Virus record (IMG/VR): IMGVR_UViG_2864937364_000001
Coordinates: 1,123-65,122 of that record
Reading direction: 5' to 3' (one strand)
From: a virus
Length of the DNA: 64,000 nt
Position numbers and translations under genes: made by a program. Position 1 is the stretch's first letter, and each line of letters opens with the position of its first letter. The notes beneath the pieces were generated by a model. That model did not search any database and was not told the DNA's origin. It saw only the letters and a program-made list of their open reading frames with translations. This document shows, piece after piece, positions 1-10,200 of this stretch.

Positions 1-202
1 GCCTTTGATGCCAGGTCTGCATATGCCGCGCGGCAGTCGTCGTGTACGGCTCCGAGGGCAGCGGCGTACTCAAGGACGGCGGCGGGGGGAGCGGTGGCAA
101 GGCGGCGGCCGGCTTCGGCGGATTGCTCGCGCAGGCCGTCAGAAACACGGTACAGGTGGTCAAGCTCAGTGCGCAAAAGCGCTTCGCGTGCGATGGACGC
201 AT
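1..202 (-). CDS. Rz1-like outer-membrane lipoprotein spanin embedded in Rz (runs off left edge)
   Basis: Alternate frame from ATG at 202: MRPSHAKRFCALSLTTCTVFLTAC-ASNPPKPAAALPPLPPPPS; lipobox LTAC and Pro-rich segment. Confidence 0.8.
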   Translation of the reverse strand, partial: MRPSHAKRFCALSLTTCTVFLTACASNPPKPAAALPPLPPPPSLSTPLPSEPYTTTAARHMQTWHQR

Positions 203-395
203 TCAATGCTCCCTGGTAGGTGGTGGTGATGGCGCGCTCAGCCTTAGTGGATGCGGCCATGACCTGCGCCAGGCTCGTTGCGTGATCAGCCTTGAGCGTC
301 GAAAGCTGACCGCCCATGCGCCACTCCTGCACCTGCCAGGCGCCCGTGGCAGCGATGGCCGCGCCGACGATCAGCGCAATGGCGTGCGTGTACAT
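1..395 (-). CDS. Rz-like inner-membrane spanin (runs off left edge)
   Basis: Read by hand from ATG at 395: MYTHAIALIVGAAIAATGAWQVQEWR..., N-terminal TM helix then helical domain; downstream of endolysin; start overlaps upstream stop. Confidence 0.8.
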   Translation of the reverse strand, partial: MYTHAIALIVGAAIAATGAWQVQEWRMGGQLSTLKADHATSLAQVMAASTKAERAITTTYQGALNASIAREALLRTELDHLYRVSDGLREQSAEAGRRLATAPPAAVLEYAAALGAVHDDCRAAYADLASK

Positions 396-721
396 CACTG
401 CCATTTCCCGCAAATCGGGCGGCCGTCAAACCAGCGGTTGCAATGCACAACCTGGACCCAGCGGTCGCCATCCTTGCGCCAAATCGTGAGCTGCAGATCC
501 GCCATATCGGCTTCGGACAGCTCGCCGCGCAGTAGCTGGGTGGCCTGGCCAGGTGTCGTCTTGCAGCGGTCAAAGCACAGATGCGGTTGCACCCAGCCGT
601 CCCATCCACGGAAGGCCAGGCTGACGCCCGGCAGTGTGAAGGCCGTGGCCTGGTACTCCACAGGCTCAGCGGTCGCAGGAGCGGTCATGAAGACCATGCC
701 CAGAATGGTTTCAACAATCAC
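395..721 (-). CDS. Hypothetical protein in lysis cassette
   Basis: GTG start overlapping endolysin stop (GTGA) with GGAGGA upstream; stop overlaps Rz start; 4 Cys. Confidence 0.6.
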   Translation of the reverse strand: MIVETILGMVFMTAPATAEPVEYQATAFTLPGVSLAFRGWDGWVQPHLCFDRCKTTPGQATQLLRGELSEADMADLQLTIWRKDGDRWVQVVHCNRWFDGRPICGKWQ

Positions 722-1266
722 TGCAAGTCCTCCCGGCATAGCTTGCGTTCGGCCTGCCTGCGGTTCTGGAGGCCCTGATAGAAGACGCCCCCCGCGTAGG
801 ACCAGTTGGGGGTACCGTCGTACCGGAGCGCCAGCAGGTTGCAGCCCTGCTCAATTCGACCGGCGTTGATCTGCTGAAAGGGCTGGGAGCCGCACGCTGC
901 GGCCTTGCCCACGTTGACCGCAAACATGGTCAAGCCAATGAGGCGCGTCGCCGTGAGGTAGTCCCAGTTCACGCAGCCAAGGACGGCGTAGCCGTACTCC
1001 AGCAACGTGACCTTGTTCACCTCCCTGCACTGGTCATCGGTCAGCTTGGTGCCAATGACCTCCGGAGGGTCCGTGCGGCCGGCGCAGTAGGTGGGAATCC
1101 CGCCTGCCAGGTGGTCGGCATACACCTGCTTGACGTTGCCCTCCAGGCGCTCCAGCGTGCCGTAGGCGAGCGGGCTGGTCAGCGCTGCCAAAAGGACCGC
1201 CGGAATGGCACCTTTGCGCGCCACTGCAGCGGGAATGCGGGGCAAGCTCGGGAGCTTGAGGGTCAT
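718..1266 (-). CDS. Endolysin, GH24/T4-type lysozyme, probable SAR anchor
   Basis: Start MTLKLPSL; hydrophobic N-terminal segment; LEGNVKQVYADHLAGGIPT carries E-x8-D...T triad; C-terminal GLQNRRQAERKLC. Confidence 0.9.
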   Translation of the reverse strand: MTLKLPSLPRIPAAVARKGAIPAVLLAALTSPLAYGTLERLEGNVKQVYADHLAGGIPTYCAGRTDPPEVIGTKLTDDQCREVNKVTLLEYGYAVLGCVNWDYLTATRLIGLTMFAVNVGKAAACGSQPFQQINAGRIEQGCNLLALRYDGTPNWSYAGGVFYQGLQNRRQAERKLCREDLQ

Positions 1267-1577
1267 TCGTCGGCCCCCAGCGAACCGAGGTCCGTTTCCA
1301 CGGGGCGCCCCCGGCGCCGGTCTTCCTGGCGCTCTTGGTCGCGCCGGGCATCGCGGCGCCACTTCCACACCAGATAGGCCGCCTGCAAGGCCACGAATGC
1401 GATGGAGGCCAGCACCAGCAGATCGCTCAGTGGCAAGCCCACTGCGCCCGCGCTGCTGGCGGCAGCGGCACCTGGCGCAGATTGATAGGCTGCGGTGGCC
1501 AGGTCGTTCTTTTGCTCGGCGCTCAAGTGCTGGTGGATGCCCAGCAGAGCTAATAGGGATGCAAAACGTGTGTTCAT
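1263..1577 (-). CDS. Holin (putative)
   Basis: TM segment LLVLASIAFVALQAAYLVW followed by highly charged tail; immediately upstream of and overlapping endolysin start. Confidence 0.7.
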   Translation of the reverse strand: MNTRFASLLALLGIHQHLSAEQKNDLATAAYQSAPGAAAASSAGAVGLPLSDLLVLASIAFVALQAAYLVWKWRRDARRDQERQEDRRRGRPVETDLGSLGADE

Positions 1578-1585
1578 TGCCCCGC

Positions 1586-1630
1586 ATGTTTCCTCGAAGG
1601 GAGGCACTTAGCGAACACTACAAGTGCGCG
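1586..1630 (-). promoter_or_regulatory. Putative phage late promoter (holin)
   Basis: TAGTGTT box at 1614-1620, 22 nt spacer, AAACAT; same motif and spacing at four other late-gene starts. Confidence 0.65.
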
Positions 1631-1732
1631 TTGGACTGACCAGCCGCTACACGACCAATTTCAACTGGCCTCGCTAGAACTTTGCCGATAGACTGCGCCG
1701 ATACTTCTTGTAGCAATCACCACAAAAAATTT

Positions 1733-3304
1733 ATGCCAGCCCAATTGCGCATCGTCTTTGCCTCAAGCGCGGCAGTAAAGACTCCTAAACCAAGATCGCT
1801 CTTAGTCTTGACCATAGATAACTGGGATGATTTCTCTTTCAAAACAATGTTCTCGCTCACTGTTTATGATGAAGTAGGAGAATTAGTAGAGTGCGGCTCA
1901 TTGAAAATAGGTTTCAAGGGGCAGGGCAAAGGCCGCACCTCCGAGCACTTGGAGTTGCCAGCTGAAACTCTACCTGACGGCTATTTTTCCTTAGGTCAAG
2001 ACGTTGAATACTACAAAAATATTCGAGACAAACTCAGCCATTCATTTGGAAATTTAGTACTAGTTGCTCTTCGTGATGTAGTTTACAACCCAAACCTATT
2101 TGACGAAGTCTCCAAAGAAGATGTTTTTGACACCTCCCTAACCCGCGACATCAAATTTTCAAGCATTACCGGGCAATTTAAGCGCGTATTAGACGGAGGA
2201 ATTCCCCTAACTGAGTTTAATTTCTCCTATCGCGACCCGGGTAGCCCAACAACAGCAAAAGTAAAGCTGTCATTTGAAGTTGTTCCGGAATCCACCCCTC
2301 CCACGAATGTGCACATTTTGATTGGTAGGAATGGAGTGGGAAAAACAACACTGCTTAACAACATGACTCGGGCTATTGTTTTAAAGGGAACTGCCGACGC
2401 AGGGCCGGGTAGATTTTACGCGAATGAATTTTTTGGGGAGGAAGATATTCCCGACGACTTTTTTAGTTCGGTAGTCTCAGTTTCATTCAGCGCTTTCGAT
2501 CCGTTTAAGCCTCTAGAAGACAAACCAAATCGCAACGATGGTGTTGCATACTTCTATGTAGGAATGAAGAAAACCTCTTCTGTTGTGGAGTCCGTAACGC
2601 TCAAGTCACACAACAATTTGTGCAGAGACTTCATCGAAAGCCTAGTTGCTTGCTTTAGCGTAGATGCGAAAAAAACCAGATGGGTTGCAGCCATTAAGCG
2701 ACTTGAATCGGATGACAATTTTGCAGATATGGATCTAGCCTCGCTTGCAAAAATTGATAATACGGAAGATGTCAGACTGAAAGCAAGAAAGCTATTTGTG
2801 CTGATGAGCTCTGGTCATGCAATCGTTTTACTAACTATGACCAGACTAGTTGAAACAGTGGATGAAAAAACTTTGGTATTAATGGATGAGCCCGAAAGCC
2901 ATTTACACCCTCCTTTGCTATCTGCTTTTACCCGGGCCATATCTGACCTACTGACGAACCGCAATGGTGTAGCAATAGTCGCCACCCATTCCCCTGTTGT
3001 GGCTCAAGAAGTACCGCAGGCTTGCGTATGGACTATAGAAAGATCTAGAACTACAGCTCGGATCGAAAGGCCACAAATCGAAACGTTCGGGGAAAATGTG
3101 GGCGTCCTCACACAAGAGATTTTTGGATTGGAGGTAACCCGCTCGGGCTTTCATGACATGCTCCGACAAGCAGTCGAACGAGGCAAAAGTTTTAATGAGA
3201 TTTTAGACGAATATCACGGGCAGTTGGGCTTTGAAGCGCAGGCGCTTGTACGCGGCATGATATCAAGCCACGCCAATACCGCGCAGCAGGAGGAAGACTT
3301 TTGA
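1733..3304 (+). CDS. ABC/AAA_21-type ATPase, Septu PtuA-like defence protein
   Basis: Walker A GRNGVGKT, signature MSSGH, Walker B LMDEPESHLHP, H-loop ATHSP; clearly lower GC; coupled to HNH gene. Confidence 0.8.
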   Translation: MPAQLRIVFASSAAVKTPKPRSLLVLTIDNWDDFSFKTMFSLTVYDEVGELVECGSLKIGFKGQGKGRTSEHLELPAETLPDGYFSLGQDVEYYKNIRDKLSHSFGNLVLVALRDVVYNPNLFDEVSKEDVFDTSLTRDIKFSSITGQFKRVLDGGIPLTEFNFSYRDPGSPTTAKVKLSFEVVPESTPPTNVHILIGRNGVGKTTLLNNMTRAIVLKGTADAGPGRFYANEFFGEEDIPDDFFSSVVSVSFSAFDPFKPLEDKPNRNDGVAYFYVGMKKTSSVVESVTLKSHNNLCRDFIESLVACFSVDAKKTRWVAAIKRLESDDNFADMDLASLAKIDNTEDVRLKARKLFVLMSSGHAIVLLTMTRLVETVDEKTLVLMDEPESHLHPPLLSAFTRAISDLLTNRNGVAIVATHSPVVAQEVPQACVWTIERSRTTARIERPQIETFGENVGVLTQEIFGLEVTRSGFHDMLRQAVERGKSFNEILDEYHGQLGFEAQALVRGMISSHANTAQQEEDF

Positions 3305-4167
3305 GAAACCTACCTCTGCCGACACTGAAAGCCGAGCGTCTTTTCGACGACTGCATCTCGGGCATAGCGAATGCTTCCACGAGGGCCGATTTTGCGGGCG
3401 CCAGAAAACAATTCAAGGATGCCGAGTCAAATTACTTAAACGCCGCATCCAATCACGTTCTTTATCAACTTCAACCAACGACTCAGAAAAATGAAGAGGT
3501 CATATATAACGGTCTCACAAAATCCCAAATAAAGAGTCTTTATTCAGAGCATATGGTGCCAGACTCCAAAGTCGCGCGCCAACACTATGATTCGCTCGTC
3601 ATGAGCGCGCCGTATCGCAAATGCCCTTTTTGCGGCTTTGGCAGGGCTACTACCCTTGACCATTATTTGGGAAAATCAGAATACCCGTGGCTTTCTATTG
3701 TCCCCATAAATCTTATTCCAGCTTGCAAAGATTGCAACCATGGCAAGGGGACCGCCCGCGCTCGCACTGCGGCCAACCAGACCATTCATCCATACTTCGA
3801 AAGCCCGGAGCTATCTAGTTCCCAATGGCTCTTCGCTTCAGTTATAGAGACTACTCCCCTGTCGATAGACTATAAAGTCGTACCACCAGCCCACTGGGAT
3901 GTCCCGTTCAGCAAACGTGTCGTAAAGCATTTCGAGGATTTCGATCTGAAAGTTAGATTTGCTATCGAATCTGCTCCCGTGCTAGCGTCTCTGAGAGGGA
4001 CGTTGACGAAACTCCAGGCTAAGTCAGGACGAACTGCTGTCAAGGACCACCTATCTGTAGTTGCCGAAGGGGAAGAACAACTTTACCTAAACTCTTGGAA
4101 GACTGCACTGTACCAAGCGCTCGCGCAGAATGATTGGTACATTGACGGCGGCTTTTCTATGGAATAA
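3301..4167 (+). CDS. HNH endonuclease, Septu PtuB-like
   Basis: CPFCG...TLDHYLGK...NLIPACKDCN; TTGA overlap with ATPase stop; low GC. Confidence 0.8.
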   Translation: MRNLPLPTLKAERLFDDCISGIANASTRADFAGARKQFKDAESNYLNAASNHVLYQLQPTTQKNEEVIYNGLTKSQIKSLYSEHMVPDSKVARQHYDSLVMSAPYRKCPFCGFGRATTLDHYLGKSEYPWLSIVPINLIPACKDCNHGKGTARARTAANQTIHPYFESPELSSSQWLFASVIETTPLSIDYKVVPPAHWDVPFSKRVVKHFEDFDLKVRFAIESAPVLASLRGTLTKLQAKSGRTAVKDHLSVVAEGEEQLYLNSWKTALYQALAQNDWYIDGGFSME

Positions 4168-4209
4168 AGATAAAATTGAGCAGCACGCCACCATGCTAAT
4201 CAAGCCTTA

Positions 4210-7200
4210 TTAGTGAATTATCAATGAACTTCTCATCACCCTTGGCGCTGAATCCACAATGCGCTGATCCTTCGACTTGCGCATTTCCCGCACGCGCGAC
4301 ATCACCGATGGGACGGTGATGAGCATCGGCTGCTCGGGGTTGCGGCGATTCCAGTCCGCGATGTCTTGGCGGGCCTCGCTGACCATGGCCTGGTCGTTCT
4401 CGAAAACGCCAGCCGCCCACTTCGCGCGGATCTGCTGCGCCTGCAGGTTGTAGAAGTTCTTCGCCTGCTGGTTGCGCCCGTTGGCCTCTTGCACCGTCGC
4501 CACGCTCGCCGGCTGGAAGCCGATGGACTTCAGCGCGGCCTCCAGGGTGTTCGTGTCGAGCACCTTGTAGCCCTTGGCATCGCGGTACATGCCGGTGGCC
4601 GCCATGTCCACGCCCTTGGCCGCGTTTCGGATCGCAGTCGGCGACACCTCCAGCAGCCCCGCCCCCACATCACCCGTCAACACCTTGCGGGTGCCAGACA
4701 GCACGCGGGTGGCGAAGTCGCCCATGGGGCCGGCAATCTCCATCACGTCGCGGGTGTGGCTGGCCTTCTCCAACAGCACGCCCGTGCCGGGGATCAGGTT
4801 GCCCATACCCAGGCGCCCCGACACGTCCAGCGGCGCGCCAGGCAAACCACTCACGCCCTTGTCGATGAAGTCCGCAACACCCTTGGGCAGCATCTCCTCC
4901 AGCAGTTGCTGGCGCGCCTGCTTGGAACTGAAGTTGTACCCCATCATCTGCGCCAGGGCGTCGACCACGTCCTCTGCATCCTCCATGAAGGGCAGGCCAC
5001 CAGCACCGCCCATGAGCATAAGCATGCCCAGGGCCAGCAGTGCTGCCTTCTTGCCCTCGGGGCCGCCCTGCGTGTACATCCTGTGCAGCAGCTCCAGATA
5101 GGCCACCGAGTAGGTCTTGAACGTCATCAGCGTGCCGCCAATGGCGCCGCGCGCGAAGCGCATCTTGTTGGCCTTCGAGTACAGGAATTGCGTTTCGGTC
5201 ACGGCGCGCTTGGCGAACTCGTGCGCATTGGGCATGCCCTGGGCCACAGCCACCCGGTAGGCGGCGATGAAGGTCATACGGCGGTTCACCTGCTCGGCCG
5301 CGCCGAACACCTTGCCCCAGGCCACCGACAGGCGCGCCAAAGCGTTTTGGCCTGCGGCCCGCGCGTCGCCCAGGCGGGTGCCGTCGCCTGAGCGCAGCGA
5401 GCCTCGCCCGCTGGCCTGCGCCATGAGCTGGTGTACCTCCTGCGGGCTCACGGTGCCATCGTCTTCGGCGGCCTTGAGCGAAGCGGCAAGATCCTTGTCG
5501 TAGACAAAGCCCTTGGTGGCGATGTTCTTCGCCGCGCGTGCCAGTTCGGCCGCCGCCTGGCGGGCGCCGCCGAACTGGGACAGCCAGGGGAAGGTAACCG
5601 CCGCAGGCTGGCTCATGTTCACGAAGGCGGATGCAATAGAGCCGCCCAGGTACTGAGCAAACAGCAGGCCGCGAACCGCCTGCGCTTCTTCCTGGGGGTT
5701 CTTCACATACTGGGCCAAACGCATGGCCGCGTCCTTCAGCTCGCCCATGCCCTGGGGGATCTCGCTCACGGCCTGGCCCAGGTCGCCCATGTGCAGCCCT
5801 GCAGCTGTCTGCCGCGAGTTGCTGTAGACGAAGCTGGCCAACACGCGGCCCACGTCCTCGCTGTAGCCGGCGATTCCCTTGCGGTGGATCAGCCGCTTCA
5901 TGGCGCTGCGATTGGTCTTGGTCAGCCGCAGGTACTCCTGAAACGCCTTGTCCTGCGCCTGGTCACCTTCGCTGTCCAGGCCCAGCATGTTCCCGAAGAT
6001 TTCCAGCGATTCGGGGGTGATGCCGGCGAACAACTTAAACGCCTCGTCCGAAATCGTCCCCTGCGTTACGCTGGCATCGCCGAACTCCGTGCGCATCTTG
6101 GCGGCCATGTCGTTGGCCTCGGCCGCAGTCTCGAACAGGCTGAAATACTGCCGCTCGCCGTTGACCAAGACATCCACGGTGTACTTGCCAAAGCGCGACA
6201 GAGGGGCGTAGCCCTTGCCCTGCAGCTCGGCCACCTTGGCGGCCCGGTCCTCGATGCCGGTCAGCAGCGCGGCGATCTGCTCTGCACGGTCCGGCTTCTC
6301 TTTGGCCAGGTCAGTCAGGTGGCGGCGCAGCAGTCGCTCGGCGTCGGCGATGTTGGGCGCGTCCATCACCATGGCGCGCAGCGGTTTCACGTCCTCGCCA
6401 CCATAGCGAAGCATGTCGGCGCGACCCATCGTATCCAGGCTTCGATCCGTGGCAGCGCGGAATTCCTTGTACAGAGCGATCTGGCCATCCGTGAGGTTGA
6501 ACAGGTCACGCAGCTCGGCATCCGACCAGATAACGCCTGCCGCGAGGATGCGCGACTGGTAACGCGTATTGATGGCGCTCTCGTAGCTGGTAGCGGGCAT
6601 GCCCTGCCAGGCGCGCAGCATGCCGGGGTCGATTTCGCCGCGATCCAACAGGCGCTGCGCCTTCTCGTCCACCGTCATGGCCAGGGCCTGGGCTTCGAGG
6701 TCGGCCACGCGCACAGGCTCGCCATCGTCACCGCGCGCCCAGGCCAGCGTGCCCTCAAACACCGGTTTTGCCACGGCCTTGTTGTCGGCTGCAGACACGG
6801 GCGACTTTGTGATATCGCGCCATTCCTCCAGCTTGGGCAGCAGGCGCGGCGCCAGCTCGGCCGCGTCGGTCGCGTAGTGGCTCACGTCATCCACAAAGCC
6901 CTGCGCGGCCTCGAATACCGGCTTGAACTCGGGCGAGCGCTCGGCCAGGTTGTACATGGTGCCGATGGTTTTGTGCCACCAGTTCAGTTTGCCTGGGGCG
7001 CTGAAAGTCTTGTTCAGCTCGGCCGTGGCGTGCGCGGTCAGCTCGGCCACCTTGGATCGGGCGAACATGGGTTCACCCCTGGTGTTGAAGCGCTCAATTC
7101 TTTCCGCTAAACTGAGCACATCCCCTGCAGGGAGGATCGAAGTCAGGCTTACGCCATCGGCGGTAGCAGATGCGGCGACCCACTGAGCTGCAGGGGATTC

Positions 7201-10200
7201 CTCATTGAACTCCACCGCTTCCACCGTGTACAGCGGATTGGGGTCGGTCGAAATGGCGGTTTCCTTCACCGTCAGCTTCACCAGCAGCACCTTCCCATCC
7301 CTTTCCATCGGCGCAAAGAACCGGTGGATGGCCACATAGTTCTTGTTGCCATGATCGTCCGGCTTGCTCCAGCCCAGGATGGCCGACTGAAACAGGTGAT
7401 CCACGTTCGCCACCGCCATGGAGTGCGCTGCCGGGCTGACCGACTTCGCGACAGCCTTGTTGCTGAGCATCTTGTCCAACTGGTTGCGGGACACGCGCGA
7501 GACAAAGCCAGTCTGCTGGTTCACCAGCGGCTTGCCCTGGAACTCCGATACCGCCGCCTTGGCCTGGGCAAAGGTGCTGGCTTCCCGCATGGGCTGGCTG
7601 GCGATGCTGAACATCAGCGCCTCATCGCGTCGGCCGCCGCCAGGCCCGCCCTGCTCCACAAAGCGGCGCGCCGGCAGGATGTAGCTGCGAATGATTTCGT
7701 CATCCGTCAGCCGCAGGGATGAGAAGCCCGGAACCGTCTCGCGCAGCCAGGTGCGGATTGCGGCAACGGCGCGGCGAACGAACCCGATTTCCGGGGTGTT
7801 CTGCGCCATTTCCGCCAACACTTCCTCGGCCGCCGCGCGCCGGTCGAGCGCATTCACGCCACGCAGGCCGTACTCGCGGATCTTGGCGTCCACGTCCTTC
7901 TTCCGCATGGTCGCGATCTGGTTCAGGATCGGCGCCAACTTGCCGCCGAACGCACCGCGCAGCCCATGGTGGCCCAAGGCCTCATGGAACAGCACGCGCG
8001 CCGCATCGTTGGGGGTGTTCAGGCGCGAGGCTATCAGGTACACCTTGCCCTGGTAGTAGAAGCCCTCGGGGGCGCCACGGGCCCCACCGCTGCGCTGCTT
8101 GAGGTCGGCGCGGCGGGCGCTGTCGGGCACCACCGGGTCATTCATGTCGAATGCCACGATCACCTGCGGCCCGTTGTGCCATGCACCTTGGATGGCGTGA
8201 GCCGTCTTTTCCACGGCCCGCACCGCCTGCTGGCGAGCTGCGGGCGTGAAACCATCGGCGGGCAGCTTGGCCCGCGCAAACTGCACGGCATCGTCGCCGG
8301 CAGGCGCTGCCTTCGGGGCCTCCTGGGCGGGCGCCTTGGCCTCCTTGGTCACCACCTCGGGCGCCTCGAATTCGCGCGGCTCGTACACCGGCATGCCCTG
8401 GGCGTCCGTCACTTCGGCGAATGGGATGGCCATTTCGCCCTTGGCGTCCTGGGCCAGCACAAACCAGCCATCCGCATTCCAGCGGTGGCCCGTCACCAAG
8501 AACTCCTTGCCGTTGCGGAAGGCCGCAGATTCCACCGGAGCGCCGGCACGCAGCCAGGCTGGCGGCGGCACGGGGTTGGCGGCGATGTCTGCCACCAGCG
8601 CATCGAACTGCTTTTTGGCGCGCTCAAGGTCGGCGGCGCGGGCGAACGGCGCGGCAGAAACCTCCTGCAGGCGGCCGATGCTGCCACTCTTGCCGGCAAT
8701 CTCCTGCTGCACCTTCTCGATGCGCGCAGGCAGGCCCCGCAACTGCGCCTCCAAGCCGCGCAAGCTACCGCTCACGAATTCCTGATTGCCCATGGTGATG
8801 GTCAGGTGCGGGGCGCTCTGCAGCGGCGGCCACCAGGCCATCACAGGCTGGCCGGCGTAGGTGCCAACGAACACGTTGGACGCCTCCATGCGGATGTTGT
8901 CCTGCAGGTGCTGCTGCATTGCCTCTTCCGCCTCGGCCCGGCTGTCGTAGACCGCCTTGCCTACTGTGGCACGGTAGTTGTTCGCCTGCGCCTGCAGCAG
9001 GTCGCGCACCTTGCCTGGCAGGTTGTCCGCCGTCATGTCGGCCAGGCGCTTTTTCGCCCAGGCAATGCTGTCGTTTTGGCGGCGGATGCCCTGGATCGCA
9101 TCGGCCACGCCATTGGTGTGCAGGCGCTCAGCGCGCTTGAGCGCCTCCACGTTCTTGCTCAGCTTCTCGCGGATCAGGATGCGGGGATCGCCCGCGGCCT
9201 CGGAGAAGGACTGCAGGATGTCGTTGTCCTCGTCGGCCGCTGCGTCGCCCTCGATCACGCGGGTGGTGCTGTTGGACTTGAGGAAGGCCGTGATAAACCG
9301 CTGCTTGATGGCCAGGATCTGCCAGCGCCGCCCGTCGAGGCGGTCGGTCATGTAGCGGTACTCCATCACGGTGTTCCACTGGTTGCCCTGGCGCAGGCCG
9401 CGCCCATTGCGCTGCTCCAGCTCGCCGGGCATATAGGGCGCGTCCATGTGGTGCATCGCACGCAGGTTGCGCTGCATGTTCACCCCCACACCCAGCGTGT
9501 CGGTCGATCCGATCACCACGCGGATGCGCAGCGCGTTCATCGCGTCCGCGATTTCCTTGCGCTTTTCCTTGCTGGTGCTGCCGTCCACCATCGCGATCTG
9601 CTCGCGGGGGATGCCCTGGTCCACCAGGCGCTCTACGATGTCGCGCATGGTGGAGAACGTCCGAACCGTCCGATAGATCTTCTTGCCGGACGCGTCTCGA
9701 CCAGCGCTGCGCTTTTGCGAGGTCGAGTAGCCCTGCTCCGCAAAGATTACCTGGGTGGCCTGGTCGCTGCTGCGGTACACATCCATCACATTGGCGACCA
9801 CCTTCGATGCCTTGCTACCCGCATCGTCCGGCGCGCTGCCCTCCTGGCCCGCAAACTCATCGTCGCGCATCAGGCGGACATCGAAGCTCGCCTTGTTCGC
9901 CATCCCCTCGGTGATGATCGGCGACTCAGGCGCGCCCGAAGCCATGGCCTCCTTGCGTTCCTTGCCCGTCATGCTGCGCCATCGGCGCGCATACCCCTGC
10001 AGACGGGCAAAAATCGTTTTCTGCTCGGCCGTCAGGTCCGATGTGACGTTCACCACCTTCTTGTACGGGCGATCAGTGGCGCCCTCGGTGCGACCGTTCA
10101 ACAGCTCGGCGCGCTCGGCTTCGGTCAGGTCGGCAGAGGCCATGGTCTTGCCGTTGACCTGGCGCGGCTGCATTTCCGGCATGTCGTCGGCGAAAACCAC

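Noticed and set aside
1267..1587. 289-aa version of the endolysin
   Set aside because: The extension overlaps the holin; ATG 1266 is coupled to the holin stop.
1631..4209. Retron type I-A
   Set aside because: ATPase+HNH present, but no reverse transcriptase or msr/msd-like region seen.
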